Assembly (NCBI GenBank): GCA_964593285.1
Contig: CAZQHZ010000006.1
Coordinates: forward strand, 1-64,000
Direction of reading: 5' to 3'
Source: an uncultured Methanosarcinales archaeon
Lineage (GTDB): Archaea > Nanobdellota > Nanobdellia > Woesearchaeales > DSVV01
DNA length: 64,000 nt
Shown here: in pieces, positions 21,720 through 32,727 of the stretch
Layout: each line of letters starts with the position of its first letter
Position numbering within the stretch: position 1 is the first letter of the stretch
Notes under the pieces: model-generated
What the model saw: the letters and a program-made list of their open reading frames with translations, nothing else
The model's database searches: none
Told to the model about the DNA's origin: nothing
Translations under genes and position numbers: made by a program

Positions 21720-22451
21720 ATGAATAGCACAAATATTAAAAAAATAAAGAAAAACATTAAAAAAAAAACCAAAACAAAAAAAACAAATAATAACAATATT
21801 AATAATAAAAAAGAAACTGTTTTAATTTTTTGTGCACATAATGATGATCACACTCTTGGTGCTGGTGGCACAATTGCAAAATATTCAAAAGAAGGAATTA
21901 ATGTTGTTGTTGTAATTTTTTCTTATGGTGAAAATTCACATATTTGGCTTAAAAAAGAAGAAAGCATTAAAATGCGAGTTTTAGAATCTAAAAAAGCAGA
22001 CAAATTACTTGGAATAAAAAAAACATACTATTATGGATTAAAAGACGGATTTTTTTCAAATGAAAATCAAAAAAAAAAAATTATAAAATCAATTAAAAGA
22101 ATTATAGCAATATTAAAACCAAGCAAAATATTTACGCACTCATTTGATGACCCACATCCTGACCACAAAACAGTATACTATACAATTAGTCAAGTTTTAG
22201 AAGAAATAAATTATAATTGTGATGTTTATTCATTTGACATATGGAATCCATTTAATTTAAGAAAAAGAGATTCACCTAAATTATTTGTTGATATAACTGA
22301 CACATTTAAAATCAAAATGAAATCATTTTCTCTCCATAAAAGTCAATGGATGACCAAAATAATTATGATCCCAACAACCTACACAAGAGGATTAATAAAC
22401 GGACTTGAGCGTGGTATTAAATATGCTGAAGTATTTTATAAAATCAAATAA
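21720..22451 (+). CDS. PIG-L/LmbE family deacetylase
   Basis: AHNDD and HPDH metal motifs. Confidence 0.9.
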   Translation: MNSTNIKKIKKNIKKKTKTKKTNNNNINNKKETVLIFCAHNDDHTLGAGGTIAKYSKEGINVVVVIFSYGENSHIWLKKEESIKMRVLESKKADKLLGIKKTYYYGLKDGFFSNENQKKKIIKSIKRIIAILKPSKIFTHSFDDPHPDHKTVYYTISQVLEEINYNCDVYSFDIWNPFNLRKRDSPKLFVDITDTFKIKMKSFSLHKSQWMTKIIMIPTTYTRGLINGLERGIKYAEVFYKIK

Positions 22452-22510
22452 AAACCAGATAATTTTAATATAATAATAATATAATACAAAGATAATATAA
22501 TACAAAGAAA

Positions 22511-23647
22511 ATGAAAATTGCAATTAAAAAAAAAAAATTAGTTATTGCAACAGATGCATTTTTACCAAGAATTGACGGAATTGGTAGATTTTTATTAGAA
22601 ATTATTCCAAGAATTGAAAATGATTATGATATTACAATTATTGCACCAAACTTTAAAGGAGAATTTAATTTTAAATTTAAATCAAATATAATAAGATGTA
22701 ATCTAATAAATTTTCAATTAGCAGATACTTACTTTAGCTATGTAAAATATAAAAAAATAAAGAATGTTATTAAAGAAGCAGATCTTGTTTTTATTCAAAC
22801 CATAGGGCCAATTGGGATTAAATCAATTAAAATAGCTAAAAAATATAAAAAACCAATAATTGCATTTATCCATATATTAGAATGGGAATTAATTCCTAAT
22901 AGTCTAAAGAGATTTAAATTAATTGGAAAAATAGTTGCAAAATATTTTGCTAAAAAATACTATAATAAATGTGATTTATTAATATTTCCATCAGAAGAAA
23001 TGATGTATAAATTTGAAAAAAATTCAATAAAAACTAATAATACAATTATTAATCTTGGAACAGATACAGAAAAATTTAAACCAATTTTAGATAAAAAAAA
23101 AGCTAAAGAGAAAATAAATATAAATAGTAACCAAACCATAATTGGATACCATGGAAGAATTGGAAGAGAAAAAAATTTAATTACACTATACCGTGCATTT
23201 AGAAAACTTGAAAAAAAATATAACAACATAAAATTACTTATAGTTGGAAGTGGTGTAAAAGATCAAGAAAATATTTTTTCATCTAATAGAAATATAATTT
23301 TAACTGGTAAAAAAGAAGATGTAATTCCATATTTACAAGCAATGGATATATATGTACTACCTTCATTAACAGAAACATCATCACTATCAACAATGGAAGC
23401 AATGTCATGTGGTTTAGCAGTTATTACAACACCTGTTGGATATGTAAAAGAATATATCAATGAAAAAGAAAATGGTATGTTTTTCCCATTTAAAAATTCA
23501 ACAAGATTATATATGAAACTTGATTTATTAATTCAAGATTTAGCTCTAAGAAAAAGACTTGGAAAAAATGCTAGAAAAACAATAATTGAAAAATTTAATT
23601 GGGATAATACATATAGTAAAATAAAAAATACAATTAACTCATTTTAA
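22511..23647 (+). CDS. GT4 glycosyltransferase
   Basis: TDAFLPRIDG, GRIGREKN, ETSSLSTMEAMSCG. Confidence 0.92.
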   Translation: MKIAIKKKKLVIATDAFLPRIDGIGRFLLEIIPRIENDYDITIIAPNFKGEFNFKFKSNIIRCNLINFQLADTYFSYVKYKKIKNVIKEADLVFIQTIGPIGIKSIKIAKKYKKPIIAFIHILEWELIPNSLKRFKLIGKIVAKYFAKKYYNKCDLLIFPSEEMMYKFEKNSIKTNNTIINLGTDTEKFKPILDKKKAKEKININSNQTIIGYHGRIGREKNLITLYRAFRKLEKKYNNIKLLIVGSGVKDQENIFSSNRNIILTGKKEDVIPYLQAMDIYVLPSLTETSSLSTMEAMSCGLAVITTPVGYVKEYINEKENGMFFPFKNSTRLYMKLDLLIQDLALRKRLGKNARKTIIEKFNWDNTYSKIKNTINSF

Positions 23648-23649
23648 TA

Positions 23650-23679
23650 AATAATAATAATAATAATAATAACAACAAC
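23650..23679 (+). repeat. (AAT)7(AAC)3 microsatellite
   Basis: Read directly; lies between convergent genes. Confidence 0.95.
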
Positions 23680-23712
23680 TATAAATATTTACAATTAAAA
23701 AATAATAAAAAA

Positions 23713-26700
23713 TCAAATTTTTAAAGTTACAACCTTACTAACACCATCTTCATTCATAGAAACACCATAAAGTGTTTTTGCTTCTTGAATAACACCATCT
23801 TTATGAGAAATTATAATATATTGTGCATTACCTGAATACTTTTTAATTAAATCTGCAAGTAATTCTGAATTTTTTTTATCAAGTGCAGCATCTACTTCAT
23901 CAAATACATAAAAAGATGCAGGTTCAAATTCTTGAATTGCAAAAATAAATGCAAGTGCAGTTAATGTTTTTTCACCACCAGACAAACTTCGAATATCCAA
24001 AAATTTTTTCCCACTTATCCTAACCTTTATTCTAAGTCCAGCATCAAATGGATTTTCTGGGTTTTCAAGTTCAATAAATGCATCACCTTTAGCAGATAGT
24101 TTATTAAACATATCTCTAAATGAATTATCTATTTTATCAAAAGTAACCATAAAAATATCTTTCTTCTTTGTCTCTATTTCGTTAATCATCAATAATATGT
24201 CTTCTTTTTCATTTTTTAATAAATCTCTTTTTTCAAGCAATTTATTATACTCATCATTTATTTGATCATACACTTCAAGTGATTTCATATTTATGTTACC
24301 TGCATCATCCATCTTTTTCTCAAAATTATAAATTTCACGTTTCAATTCATCTTCTGATTTTCCTCTAAATAATTGAACATCTTTATATTTATTATTTTCA
24401 TCTGTCAAAGTACTAATTTCAGCACTAATGCCTGCTTTTTCAATAGAATAAACATTAGCTTTTTTTTCAAGAGTTCTAGCTTGTTCTTCATATTTAATAA
24501 TTGAAGATTCAATTTTTTGTAAATCTTCATTTAATTTATCTTTCTTGGTAAATAACTCTTTATACTTACTATAAAATTCCTTTTGTTGCTTTTCCTTTTC
24601 CTTTAAATTAATTTCATCATTTTTAATTATATTTTTCAAATTATCAACTTCTGCTTTAAATTTTGATTCTTCTTTTTTTTGCTGTGATAATATTTTATTA
24701 GTATTTAATGCTTCAGGCTCTAAAATATTCTTTAATTGCATATCTATATTTTTTATATTCGCATCAATTGTTATATTTTCTTCTCTAAGCTGTGTTTTTT
24801 TTTGCTCAAATGCATTTAATTCAGCAATAACCCTTGGGTTTTTCATTTTAGCAATATTATCCTTCAACTTTTGCTTATTCATTTTTAAATTAGCCATTTC
24901 TTTATTTATAGAACTAATTTTAGACATAATATTATCTATTTTTTTATCCAATTCTTTCTTTTGATTATTTAATTCTTTTTTTTGTGTTTGGTTTGTTTCA
25001 AGATCAGATGAATCAAGATGCAAGGATTTTTCCATCTTAATTATTTCACCTTCAAGTTCTGATTTAAAACTTCTAAGTTGATTAATTTTATCTTCATTTT
25101 TAGTTTTTGAATCTTCAAGTTTTAAAACAACACTTTCATAATCATTTAATTCCTTTTCAATTGCATTAATTTCTGATGATAATTCTTTTTCTTGAAAACT
25201 ATGCTGGGTATGTTTTTTTCTATATCCACCCTGCATTGCACCAGAAGTTTCTATTAAATCGCCATCCAAAGTTACCATCCTAATATTACCAACACCAATT
25301 CTTCTTGCAACATCAATATTTTCAATAACAATTGTACTTCCAAAAACAAAGCTAAATGCTTTTTTAAATTTAGCTTGAAAACTAACAAGATCAACAGCAA
25401 GACCAAATACACCATTAGTGTTTAAAAAATTAGAAATATTTTGTTTTTCATCACGAGATTTAATTTTATTTAAAGGCAAAAATGTTGCTGTTCCTAACTT
25501 TTTTGATTTTAAATACTTAATACAATTAGAAGCTGTTTTTTCATTGTCAACAACAAGACTTTTAATTCTAGTTCCAGCAGCAATACTTAAAGCTTGCGAA
25601 TATTTATTTTCAACCTCGCCTAAATCAGAAATTGTTCCAAATACTTCTCCAAATGAATTCTTTGATTCAAGTATAGTTTTTGTTGCAATATTATCTGCAG
25701 CACCTTGTTTTAATGCAGAATTTTTAGCTTCTAATTTTGAATGTTTTTCACGCAATTCATTTAAATTTCTTCGTGCATTACCAAGCTGTGCAGCAATTGA
25801 AGAATCATTTGAAATTAATTTATTCAACTCAAGAGTTGTTTTTTTAAATTCATCTCTTTTTAATTTTAAATTCTCTATCTCTTTTTTATATTTTATTTCA
25901 AGTTCTTTAACCTTTGATATTTTTTCATCATAAGAAGAAATTAATAAATCAATTTTATCTTTTTCTCTAAATAAATTTTGCTGTTCTTCTCGTAAAATTA
26001 ATATTTCTTTTTGTTTTTCTTCAAATTTATTATCTATATCCTCAATTTCTTTTTGAGTTTGATCCCCATCTTCCAATTTATGCTTTTTTTTCAATCCAAC
26101 AATTTTATTTTCAAGCATAATAATATTTTTGTCATTTGATTCTTTTTCTTTTTCTTTATTCTTTTTATTAGAAGAAACTTCTAAAATTTTTGAATTTGTA
26201 TCTTTTAAGTTTTTTTCTAATTGCTCTTTTCGCGAAACAATTCTTTGTAATTCTTCATTATTTGAAGAAATTTTTGTTTTATTAGTTGCAATATCTATTT
26301 TTAATTGCTCAATTTCTTTTATAATTATTATTTGTTCCTTTTCCCCTTTATTTTCAATTTCTAAATTTAAATTTTTAATCTCTTCTTTTTTCTTAGAAAT
26401 ATCATCTTTCAATGCTTTTATTTTAGAATTAAATTCTTCTATTTTTTTAGTACTTTCATTTATTCTTTTTTCAATAATTTCTTTTTTTTCATTCTTTAAT
26501 TTAATTTTTAAATGACATAATGTTGCTTTTGATCGAACAAGATTATCTTTTATTTCTTTAAATTTTAATGCTTGATCTCGCTCTTTTTTTAATTCCTTTA
26601 AGTATGTTTCTCGTTCTTTTAAAATAATTTCAGCTTGATTAATTTTTTCTTCTGCTTTAGTTAACTCATTTAAAGCTTTATTTTTTTTATCTTCATAAAT

Positions 26701-27207
26701 AGTAATTCCAGAAATATCTTCAACAATTTTTCTTCTCTCAAGAGATGACATATCAACAAGTCGAGCAATATCACCTTGTAAAACTATATTATATCCATCT
26801 GGATCAATATTTGCAATAGATAATAATTCTAAAATTTGCTGTCTTGTTCTTGTTTTATCATTTATTTTATATACACTTTGACCAGTTTGCCTAATAATTC
26901 TAGAGATTTTTAAATATTCCTCATCTGTTGGAAAAACTTTATTAGAATTATCAAAATAGATGCTAACTTCACCTTCTTTAGCAGGTTTTTTTGATTTACC
27001 TCCATTATAAATTAAATTTGCAGATTTATCAGCCCTAAGTCCTTTTGCAGAACCTTTTCCTAAAACAAAACAAACAGCATCCATAATGTTGCTTTTACCA
27101 GAACCATTTGGTCCAAGAACACAATTAAAATTACTATTAAATTCTAAATCAACCCTTTTACCAAATGATTTAAAACCCTTCATAGATATTTTATATATTC
27201 TAGTCAT
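23713..27207 (-). CDS. smc: chromosome segregation protein SMC
   Basis: GPNGSGKS, hinge VTLDGD...GAMQGG, LSGGEK, DEVDAALD. Confidence 0.97.
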   Translation of the reverse strand: MTRIYKISMKGFKSFGKRVDLEFNSNFNCVLGPNGSGKSNIMDAVCFVLGKGSAKGLRADKSANLIYNGGKSKKPAKEGEVSIYFDNSNKVFPTDEEYLKISRIIRQTGQSVYKINDKTRTRQQILELLSIANIDPDGYNIVLQGDIARLVDMSSLERRKIVEDISGITIYEDKKNKALNELTKAEEKINQAEIILKERETYLKELKKERDQALKFKEIKDNLVRSKATLCHLKIKLKNEKKEIIEKRINESTKKIEEFNSKIKALKDDISKKKEEIKNLNLEIENKGEKEQIIIIKEIEQLKIDIATNKTKISSNNEELQRIVSRKEQLEKNLKDTNSKILEVSSNKKNKEKEKESNDKNIIMLENKIVGLKKKHKLEDGDQTQKEIEDIDNKFEEKQKEILILREEQQNLFREKDKIDLLISSYDEKISKVKELEIKYKKEIENLKLKRDEFKKTTLELNKLISNDSSIAAQLGNARRNLNELREKHSKLEAKNSALKQGAADNIATKTILESKNSFGEVFGTISDLGEVENKYSQALSIAAGTRIKSLVVDNEKTASNCIKYLKSKKLGTATFLPLNKIKSRDEKQNISNFLNTNGVFGLAVDLVSFQAKFKKAFSFVFGSTIVIENIDVARRIGVGNIRMVTLDGDLIETSGAMQGGYRKKHTQHSFQEKELSSEINAIEKELNDYESVVLKLEDSKTKNEDKINQLRSFKSELEGEIIKMEKSLHLDSSDLETNQTQKKELNNQKKELDKKIDNIMSKISSINKEMANLKMNKQKLKDNIAKMKNPRVIAELNAFEQKKTQLREENITIDANIKNIDMQLKNILEPEALNTNKILSQQKKEESKFKAEVDNLKNIIKNDEINLKEKEKQQKEFYSKYKELFTKKDKLNEDLQKIESSIIKYEEQARTLEKKANVYSIEKAGISAEISTLTDENNKYKDVQLFRGKSEDELKREIYNFEKKMDDAGNINMKSLEVYDQINDEYNKLLEKRDLLKNEKEDILLMINEIETKKKDIFMVTFDKIDNSFRDMFNKLSAKGDAFIELENPENPFDAGLRIKVRISGKKFLDIRSLSGGEKTLTALAFIFAIQEFEPASFYVFDEVDAALDKKNSELLADLIKKYSGNAQYIIISHKDGVIQEAKTLYGVSMNEDGVSKVVTLKI

Positions 27208-27508
27208 TTTTAATTAAATTTTATCTCGTTTATCTATTTAATTTATTTTATCAATAATTAATAATTTTTTAAAATAATGTTTATTCACTTATTTATAAAA
27301 TTAAAATTACAAATAATTTATAAATGTATATCATAAAATACTATATTATTAATTATAACTATATGCTACAAATATTAATTACCAATTATTTTTAAATATT
27401 TTATTCAATTATTAATTTAAAATTATTTTAAAAAAATTTATATTATAAAATTTTTTAATAGTATTTCTTTTATTAATTAATTATAATAATCATAAAAAAT
27501 TATAATAT

Positions 27509-27535
27509 AATAATAATAATAATAATAGTAGTAAT
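27509..27535 (+). repeat. (AAT)6(AGT)2AAT microsatellite
   Basis: Read directly; in the divergent smc/gap spacer. Confidence 0.9.
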
Positions 27536-27815
27536 ACAACTATATTAATACTAATATTAACTTTTTTTAAAAATATATTTTTAATATTATTTATAAAATT
27601 TTTGGATTTTAAAATGAATTAAATTTATTGATATATAATGGTAACAAAGAATTTTAAATAAACACAGCAAACAAATATATATAAATAAATATATAAATAA
27701 ATACAGCAGATAATTAATTTTTACAATAGATAATTTAAATAAAAATACCATAAATTATTTTAATATTTGAAAAATTTACAAAATAAATTCAAAAAATTAA
27801 GGGGTGTTTAAAAAA

Positions 27816-28805
27816 ATGGTAAGAGTTGCAATTAATGGGTTTGGAAGAATTGGAAGACAGGTTTTTCAAGCAGGATATAATGATGATAAAATTGAATGGA
27901 TAGCAATAAATGATTTAACAGATACAAAAACATTAGCTCATTTATTAAAATATGATTCAGTTCATGGTAAATTTAAAGGAACCATTGAATACACTGAAGA
28001 TTCATTAATTATTAATGGCAAAGAAATTAAAGTATTCAAAGAAAAAGATCCAGAAAAATTACCTTGGAATGATTTAAATATTGATGTAGTAGTTGAATCA
28101 ACTGGTTTTTTTACAAATAAAGAAGGTGCACAAAAACACATAAATGCTGGTGCAAAAAAAGTTTTAATCAGTGCTCCTGCAAAAAATCCAGACATTACTA
28201 TTGTTAAAGGTGTAAATGAACATTTATATGATAAAGAAAAACACCACATAATTTCAAATGCATCATGCACTACAAATTGTCTTGCACCAATTGTTAAAGT
28301 ACTAGAAGATAATTTTGGTGTCAAAAATGGTTTTATGACAACAACACATGCATATACAGCAGACCAGCGTCTTGTTGATTCACCTCACAAAGATTTGAGA
28401 AGAGCAAGAAGTGCTGCAGTAAACATTATCCCAACATCAACAGGTGCTGCAAAAGCAGTAGCAGAAGTAATACCTAAATTAAAAGGAAAACTAGATGGTA
28501 TATCACTTAGAGTTCCAGTTCCTAGTGGTAGTATTACTGATTTTGTTTGCAATTTAGAAAATGAAGTAACAGTTGATGAGTTAAAACAATTGTTTGAAAA
28601 TGTTTCAAATAATCAATTAAAAGGTGTTTTAGAATATTGCAACGAACCAATTGTTTCAAAAGATATAATTCATAACCCCCATTCATCCATAATTGATGCA
28701 GATTTAATTAGTGTTAATAAAAAACTCATAAAAATTGTATCATGGTATGATAATGAATGGGGATATAGTAATAGAATAATTGATATGATTAAATTTATTT
28801 ATTAA
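27816..28805 (+). CDS. gap: bacterial-type (class I) glyceraldehyde-3-phosphate dehydrogenase
   Basis: INGFGRIGR, ASCTTNCL, WYDNEWGYS; SD GGGGTG. Confidence 0.97.
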   Translation: MVRVAINGFGRIGRQVFQAGYNDDKIEWIAINDLTDTKTLAHLLKYDSVHGKFKGTIEYTEDSLIINGKEIKVFKEKDPEKLPWNDLNIDVVVESTGFFTNKEGAQKHINAGAKKVLISAPAKNPDITIVKGVNEHLYDKEKHHIISNASCTTNCLAPIVKVLEDNFGVKNGFMTTTHAYTADQRLVDSPHKDLRRARSAAVNIIPTSTGAAKAVAEVIPKLKGKLDGISLRVPVPSGSITDFVCNLENEVTVDELKQLFENVSNNQLKGVLEYCNEPIVSKDIIHNPHSSIIDADLISVNKKLIKIVSWYDNEWGYSNRIIDMIKFIY

Positions 28806-28901
28806 TATTTATCATAATTATTTTTTTATTTATAAATAAATATTTTTAAAAAACTTTATATATTAGCTTTTTTCTTTAAATTTTTAATGGTGTTTGTATA
28901 A

Positions 28902-29594
28902 ATGACTAATGAAAAAAATCCTAAACACATTGGCATAATAATGGATGGTAATCGAAGGTTTTCAAAAAAATTAATGTTACAGCCATGGAAAGGTCATGAA
29001 TGGGGAGCAAAAAAATTAACAAAAGTTTTAGATTGGTGCAAAGAATACGATATAAAACAATTAACCCTTTACACATTTTCTATTCAAAATTTTAATCGCC
29101 CAAAAGAAGAATTTGACTATTTAATGAAAATATTCATTGAAAATTTTGATAAATTAAAAAATGACAAAAAAATTCATGAAAATAAAATTAAAATTAATGT
29201 TATTGGAAGAATTGAAATGTTTCCAGATGAAGTTCAAAAAAGACTTTTAAAAATAATGGATTTAACAAAAAATTATAATGATTACATAATAAATTTTGCA
29301 ATGGCATATGGTGGTCAAGAAGAAATAGTTGATGCAGTAAAAAAAATATTAAATAAAAAATTAAAGCCAGAAGAAATTGATAATAAAACATTTTCTGAAA
29401 ATTTATATTTAAATAATTCACCTGAATTAATTATTAGAACTGGTGGCGAGAAAAGAACAAGTAATTTTTTATCTTTTCAATCAGCATATTCAGAATGGTT
29501 TTTTGTCGATAAAATGTGGCCTGAATTTGAAAAAGAAGACTTTGTAAATATTATTAATCAATATTCTAATAGAAATAGGCGATTTGGAAAATAA
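28902..29594 (+). CDS. uppS: cis-prenyltransferase (undecaprenyl-PP synthase family)
   Basis: HIGIIMDGNRR, RTGGEKRTSNFL, C-terminal RRFGK. Confidence 0.95.
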   Translation: MTNEKNPKHIGIIMDGNRRFSKKLMLQPWKGHEWGAKKLTKVLDWCKEYDIKQLTLYTFSIQNFNRPKEEFDYLMKIFIENFDKLKNDKKIHENKIKINVIGRIEMFPDEVQKRLLKIMDLTKNYNDYIINFAMAYGGQEEIVDAVKKILNKKLKPEEIDNKTFSENLYLNNSPELIIRTGGEKRTSNFLSFQSAYSEWFFVDKMWPEFEKEDFVNIINQYSNRNRRFGK

Positions 29595-29621
29595 AAAAAG
29601 AAAAAAATAATTAAATTTAAC

Positions 29622-30164
29622 TTAATCTTGTACTACAGCAGATATTTCAATTCTTGCAGTTTGACCAAATGAATTACTTGAAGCTGCAGAAAACCATTCA
29701 ACATCAATATATCCTTTAATTCTACTTCCTGCAGGAAATTGATCTCCATCATCACAATTAACAAATATTTCACCAGTTTGTCCATCAGGCCATGGTAATG
29801 TTGTAGATAAACCATCAGTATCAAATGTTGTTGTGTCATCACCAATAGTTATTTCACCACTATAATTTAGACATTCTGCTCCACCATAATCTGTTCTTGC
29901 ACTAATATTTGCAATTTTTATTGGCCTACCAAATGAATTCATCATACCAACACCTAATGAATCTGTAGTTGATTGTGCAATTCTAAGTTCACCAGACATA
30001 TGTTGGAATGGATGTGGTACTGTTGCTCTATCTGGAAGTATTCTATCTGGATTTAATACACCAAAATAAGCAAGTGCCGCAATCATTATCAAAATAACCA
30101 TAAATGCCCAGCCATAAGTCATTAAGAATTCTAATGCTGCTTGAGCTTTTTTCATTCTCCTCAT
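29622..30164 (-). CDS. type IV pilin-like protein with class III signal peptide
   Basis: KKAQ/AALEFLMTYGWA followed by a hydrophobic helix; SD GAGGTGA. Confidence 0.88.
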   Translation of the reverse strand: MRRMKKAQAALEFLMTYGWAFMVILIMIAALAYFGVLNPDRILPDRATVPHPFQHMSGELRIAQSTTDSLGVGMMNSFGRPIKIANISARTDYGGAECLNYSGEITIGDDTTTFDTDGLSTTLPWPDGQTGEIFVNCDDGDQFPAGSRIKGYIDVEWFSAASSNSFGQTARIEISAVVQD

Positions 30165-30295
30165 TTATCTTTCACCTCTTTTTTAAATTAAAAATAATAC
30201 TATAACCTTTTTTTGAATTAACTTATATATAAAGTTTTCTTTTTTGAAAAACAATTAGAAAATTTTATAAATATAATATGATTTTTTTAATTATA

Positions 30296-31354
30296 ATGAA
30301 AAAAGCAAGTAAAATTATCAATGAAATAAAAGAACGAGAAAATAAAGGCTTCATTAGAAGAAAAAAAATAGAACAAGAAAATGAAAATACAAGAACTACT
30401 ACTTTTGAATCGTCTTTTCATATACAAAATGCAATTAAATTAACAGGAGAATTTAAAATTCTTGAAAAAATTGATAAAATTATTATATGTGGTGTTGGAA
30501 TTAATGAAATTTCAGGAAAAATTTTAAAAACTTATCTAAAAGAATCTTCAAAATTAAAAATTAAAACAATTTCAAATTACTATTTACCAGAAAACGTTAA
30601 TAATAAAACATTAGTATTTATAGTTTCATCATCTGGATATGAACAAGAAACTATGCTTTGTTATAGAAATGCACTGCGAAAAGGATGTAAAATTATAGGA
30701 ATTTTTTCAAAAGGAAAATTAAGTGAATCATTTAAGCGAAATAATATAGAACACATAATTATACCATCAAATATCAATGAAAATACATCACTACCTTATC
30801 TTTTTTTTATTATGCTAAAAATACTTGAAAATTCAAGATTAATTAATAATCAAAAAAAAATAATTGAAGAAGTTATTTTATCATTAAAAAATACAAAATA
30901 TAAAGAAATGGCAAAAATTATTGCAAATAGCTGTAAAAATAAAATTCCATTAATATATTCTTCAAAAAAATTAAGTTGTGTAGCACTAAGATGGAAAAAT
31001 TCATTTAATAATTTTACAAGAATACAAGCATTTTACAATACTATTCCAAATTTATGTTATAATGAATTAAATAGTTTCTTATTTCAAAAAAAAAATTTCC
31101 ATATTGTTTTACTTAATGATTCATACGACAATAAATATGTACAAAAATCATTTTCAATAACTAAAAAAATAATAAAAAATAAAGGATTTAGTGTAACTGA
31201 AATTTCTATAAAAGGAAAAAATCTGTTAAGTAGGATATTTTCATCAATTTATATTGGAGAATTATGTTCATATTATCTAGAAAAAGAATATAATATAAAA
31301 GATAAAGAAAATCTTGTAAACCAATATAAAGAAGAATATAATGAAACAATATAA
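30296..31354 (+). CDS. PGI/PMI-like double-SIS protein, catalytic residues degenerate
   Basis: IICGVG, VSSSGY..ET, RWKNSFNN, PNLCYNE. Confidence 0.75.
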   Translation: MKKASKIINEIKERENKGFIRRKKIEQENENTRTTTFESSFHIQNAIKLTGEFKILEKIDKIIICGVGINEISGKILKTYLKESSKLKIKTISNYYLPENVNNKTLVFIVSSSGYEQETMLCYRNALRKGCKIIGIFSKGKLSESFKRNNIEHIIIPSNINENTSLPYLFFIMLKILENSRLINNQKKIIEEVILSLKNTKYKEMAKIIANSCKNKIPLIYSSKKLSCVALRWKNSFNNFTRIQAFYNTIPNLCYNELNSFLFQKKNFHIVLLNDSYDNKYVQKSFSITKKIIKNKGFSVTEISIKGKNLLSRIFSSIYIGELCSYYLEKEYNIKDKENLVNQYKEEYNETI

Positions 31355-32570
31355 TTTTAAAATGACAATAAATATTCAAACAAAATATTCAACCATTAAA
31401 AATTTTCATTTAATAAAAGATAAATTAAACAAAATTAAAGAAATGAATCCTCCATCTTTTGAAACTTTCAATATAGACATTGATGAAATAATTAATAAAT
31501 GTTCTAACTTAAACAAATACAAAAATGTAATTATTATAGGCAATGGTGGCTCTGTAAATAGTACAAGAGCATTTTATAATGCTATTGATTCAAAACGAAA
31601 TTTTTGTTTTGTTATGACAATGGAACCTGATTTTTTAAATTATGTTTTAAAAAAATATCCAAAAGAAAATTCAATTGTAATTGCAATTTCAAAATCAGGA
31701 TCAACCATAGGTGTTTTAGAAAGCTTAATGTTTTTTATTAACAATAATTATGATATAAGTGTTATAACAAGTTTTAGTGGTCCCTTATATGAAATAGCTA
31801 AAAAAAAAAAATATCATTTAATAGAACATCCAAACATTGGTGGAAGATATGGTGCTAAAACTTCATGTAGTTTCATTCCTGCATATCTTATGGGTTATGA
31901 TTTAAATAAATTAAACAATGGATTTAAAATAGGACATGAAAGATATTCTTTTAATAAAAATATAGATGAAAATGATGCATTAAAACTTGCAACTGTATTA
32001 TATAATCTAGAATTAAAAGATATTGTTGATGTATTTATGCCAATTTATTCTTCAAAATTATCAGGATTTTTACCAATAATTGTTCAATTAATGCATGAAA
32101 GTTTTGGTAAGGAAAAAAAAGGCATGAGTTTTTTTGGAGATTTAGCCCCAGAATCACAGCATCATACAAATCAGCGATTTTTTGGTGGAAAAAATAATAT
32201 TTGTGGTGTTTTTGTAAATGTATTAAATCAAGATGATTCAACTTCAAAAGTAATTATTCCAAATGAATTAGGTGATATTAAATTAGGAGATGAATTTTTA
32301 AAAAATTTATCAAATATTCCATATCACAAATCTTTAGAATATGAATTTTTAGGAACATACAATGATGCAATAGAGAAAAAAATTCCAATATGTTTAGTTA
32401 GTGTTAATAAAATAAATGATGAAACAATTGGTGAATTCATGGCTTTTTGGCAATATTTTGCAGTTTATTCAGCAATTTTAAGAGAAGTTAATCCATACGA
32501 TCAACCACAAGTTGAAAATTCTAAAAAAATTAGTATTAAAATGAGAAATCAATATACTAAATCATTATAG
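31341..32570 (+). CDS. pgi: glucose-6-phosphate isomerase
   Basis: IGNGGS, ISKSGST, IGGRY, ESFGK, QHH, NPYDQPQVENSK. Confidence 0.9.
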   Translation: MKQYNFKMTINIQTKYSTIKNFHLIKDKLNKIKEMNPPSFETFNIDIDEIINKCSNLNKYKNVIIIGNGGSVNSTRAFYNAIDSKRNFCFVMTMEPDFLNYVLKKYPKENSIVIAISKSGSTIGVLESLMFFINNNYDISVITSFSGPLYEIAKKKKYHLIEHPNIGGRYGAKTSCSFIPAYLMGYDLNKLNNGFKIGHERYSFNKNIDENDALKLATVLYNLELKDIVDVFMPIYSSKLSGFLPIIVQLMHESFGKEKKGMSFFGDLAPESQHHTNQRFFGGKNNICGVFVNVLNQDDSTSKVIIPNELGDIKLGDEFLKNLSNIPYHKSLEYEFLGTYNDAIEKKIPICLVSVNKINDETIGEFMAFWQYFAVYSAILREVNPYDQPQVENSKKISIKMRNQYTKSL

Positions 32571-32727
32571 TTTTATTATTTTATATTTCATCATATAATC
32601 TAATAAAAATTATAATAATATTAATTAAAAGTTAATACAAATTAAAAATTTTAATTTTAAAAATTCTAAAATCAATTTAATAAACATAATGAATAATTAT
32701 TTATATCTTATTTTATTTCATATCAAT

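Noticed and set aside
21527..21796. ORFs spanning N gaps (also 46242-46433)
   Set aside because: Artefacts of translating through Ns.
25418..26515. Long + strand ORFs inside smc, and similar antisense ORFs in atp, gap, rnf, rad50-like and rps15 genes
   Set aside because: F/S/L/I-rich mirror translations of well-supported genes on the opposite strand.
27208..27803. 600-bp AT-rich spacer as a replication origin
   Set aside because: No ORB-like G-string repeats and no adjacent cdc6; only simple repeats.
27816..28805. Bacterial-type GAPDH in an archaeon as a novelty
   Set aside because: Bacterial-type glycolytic enzymes are already known from DPANN genomes.
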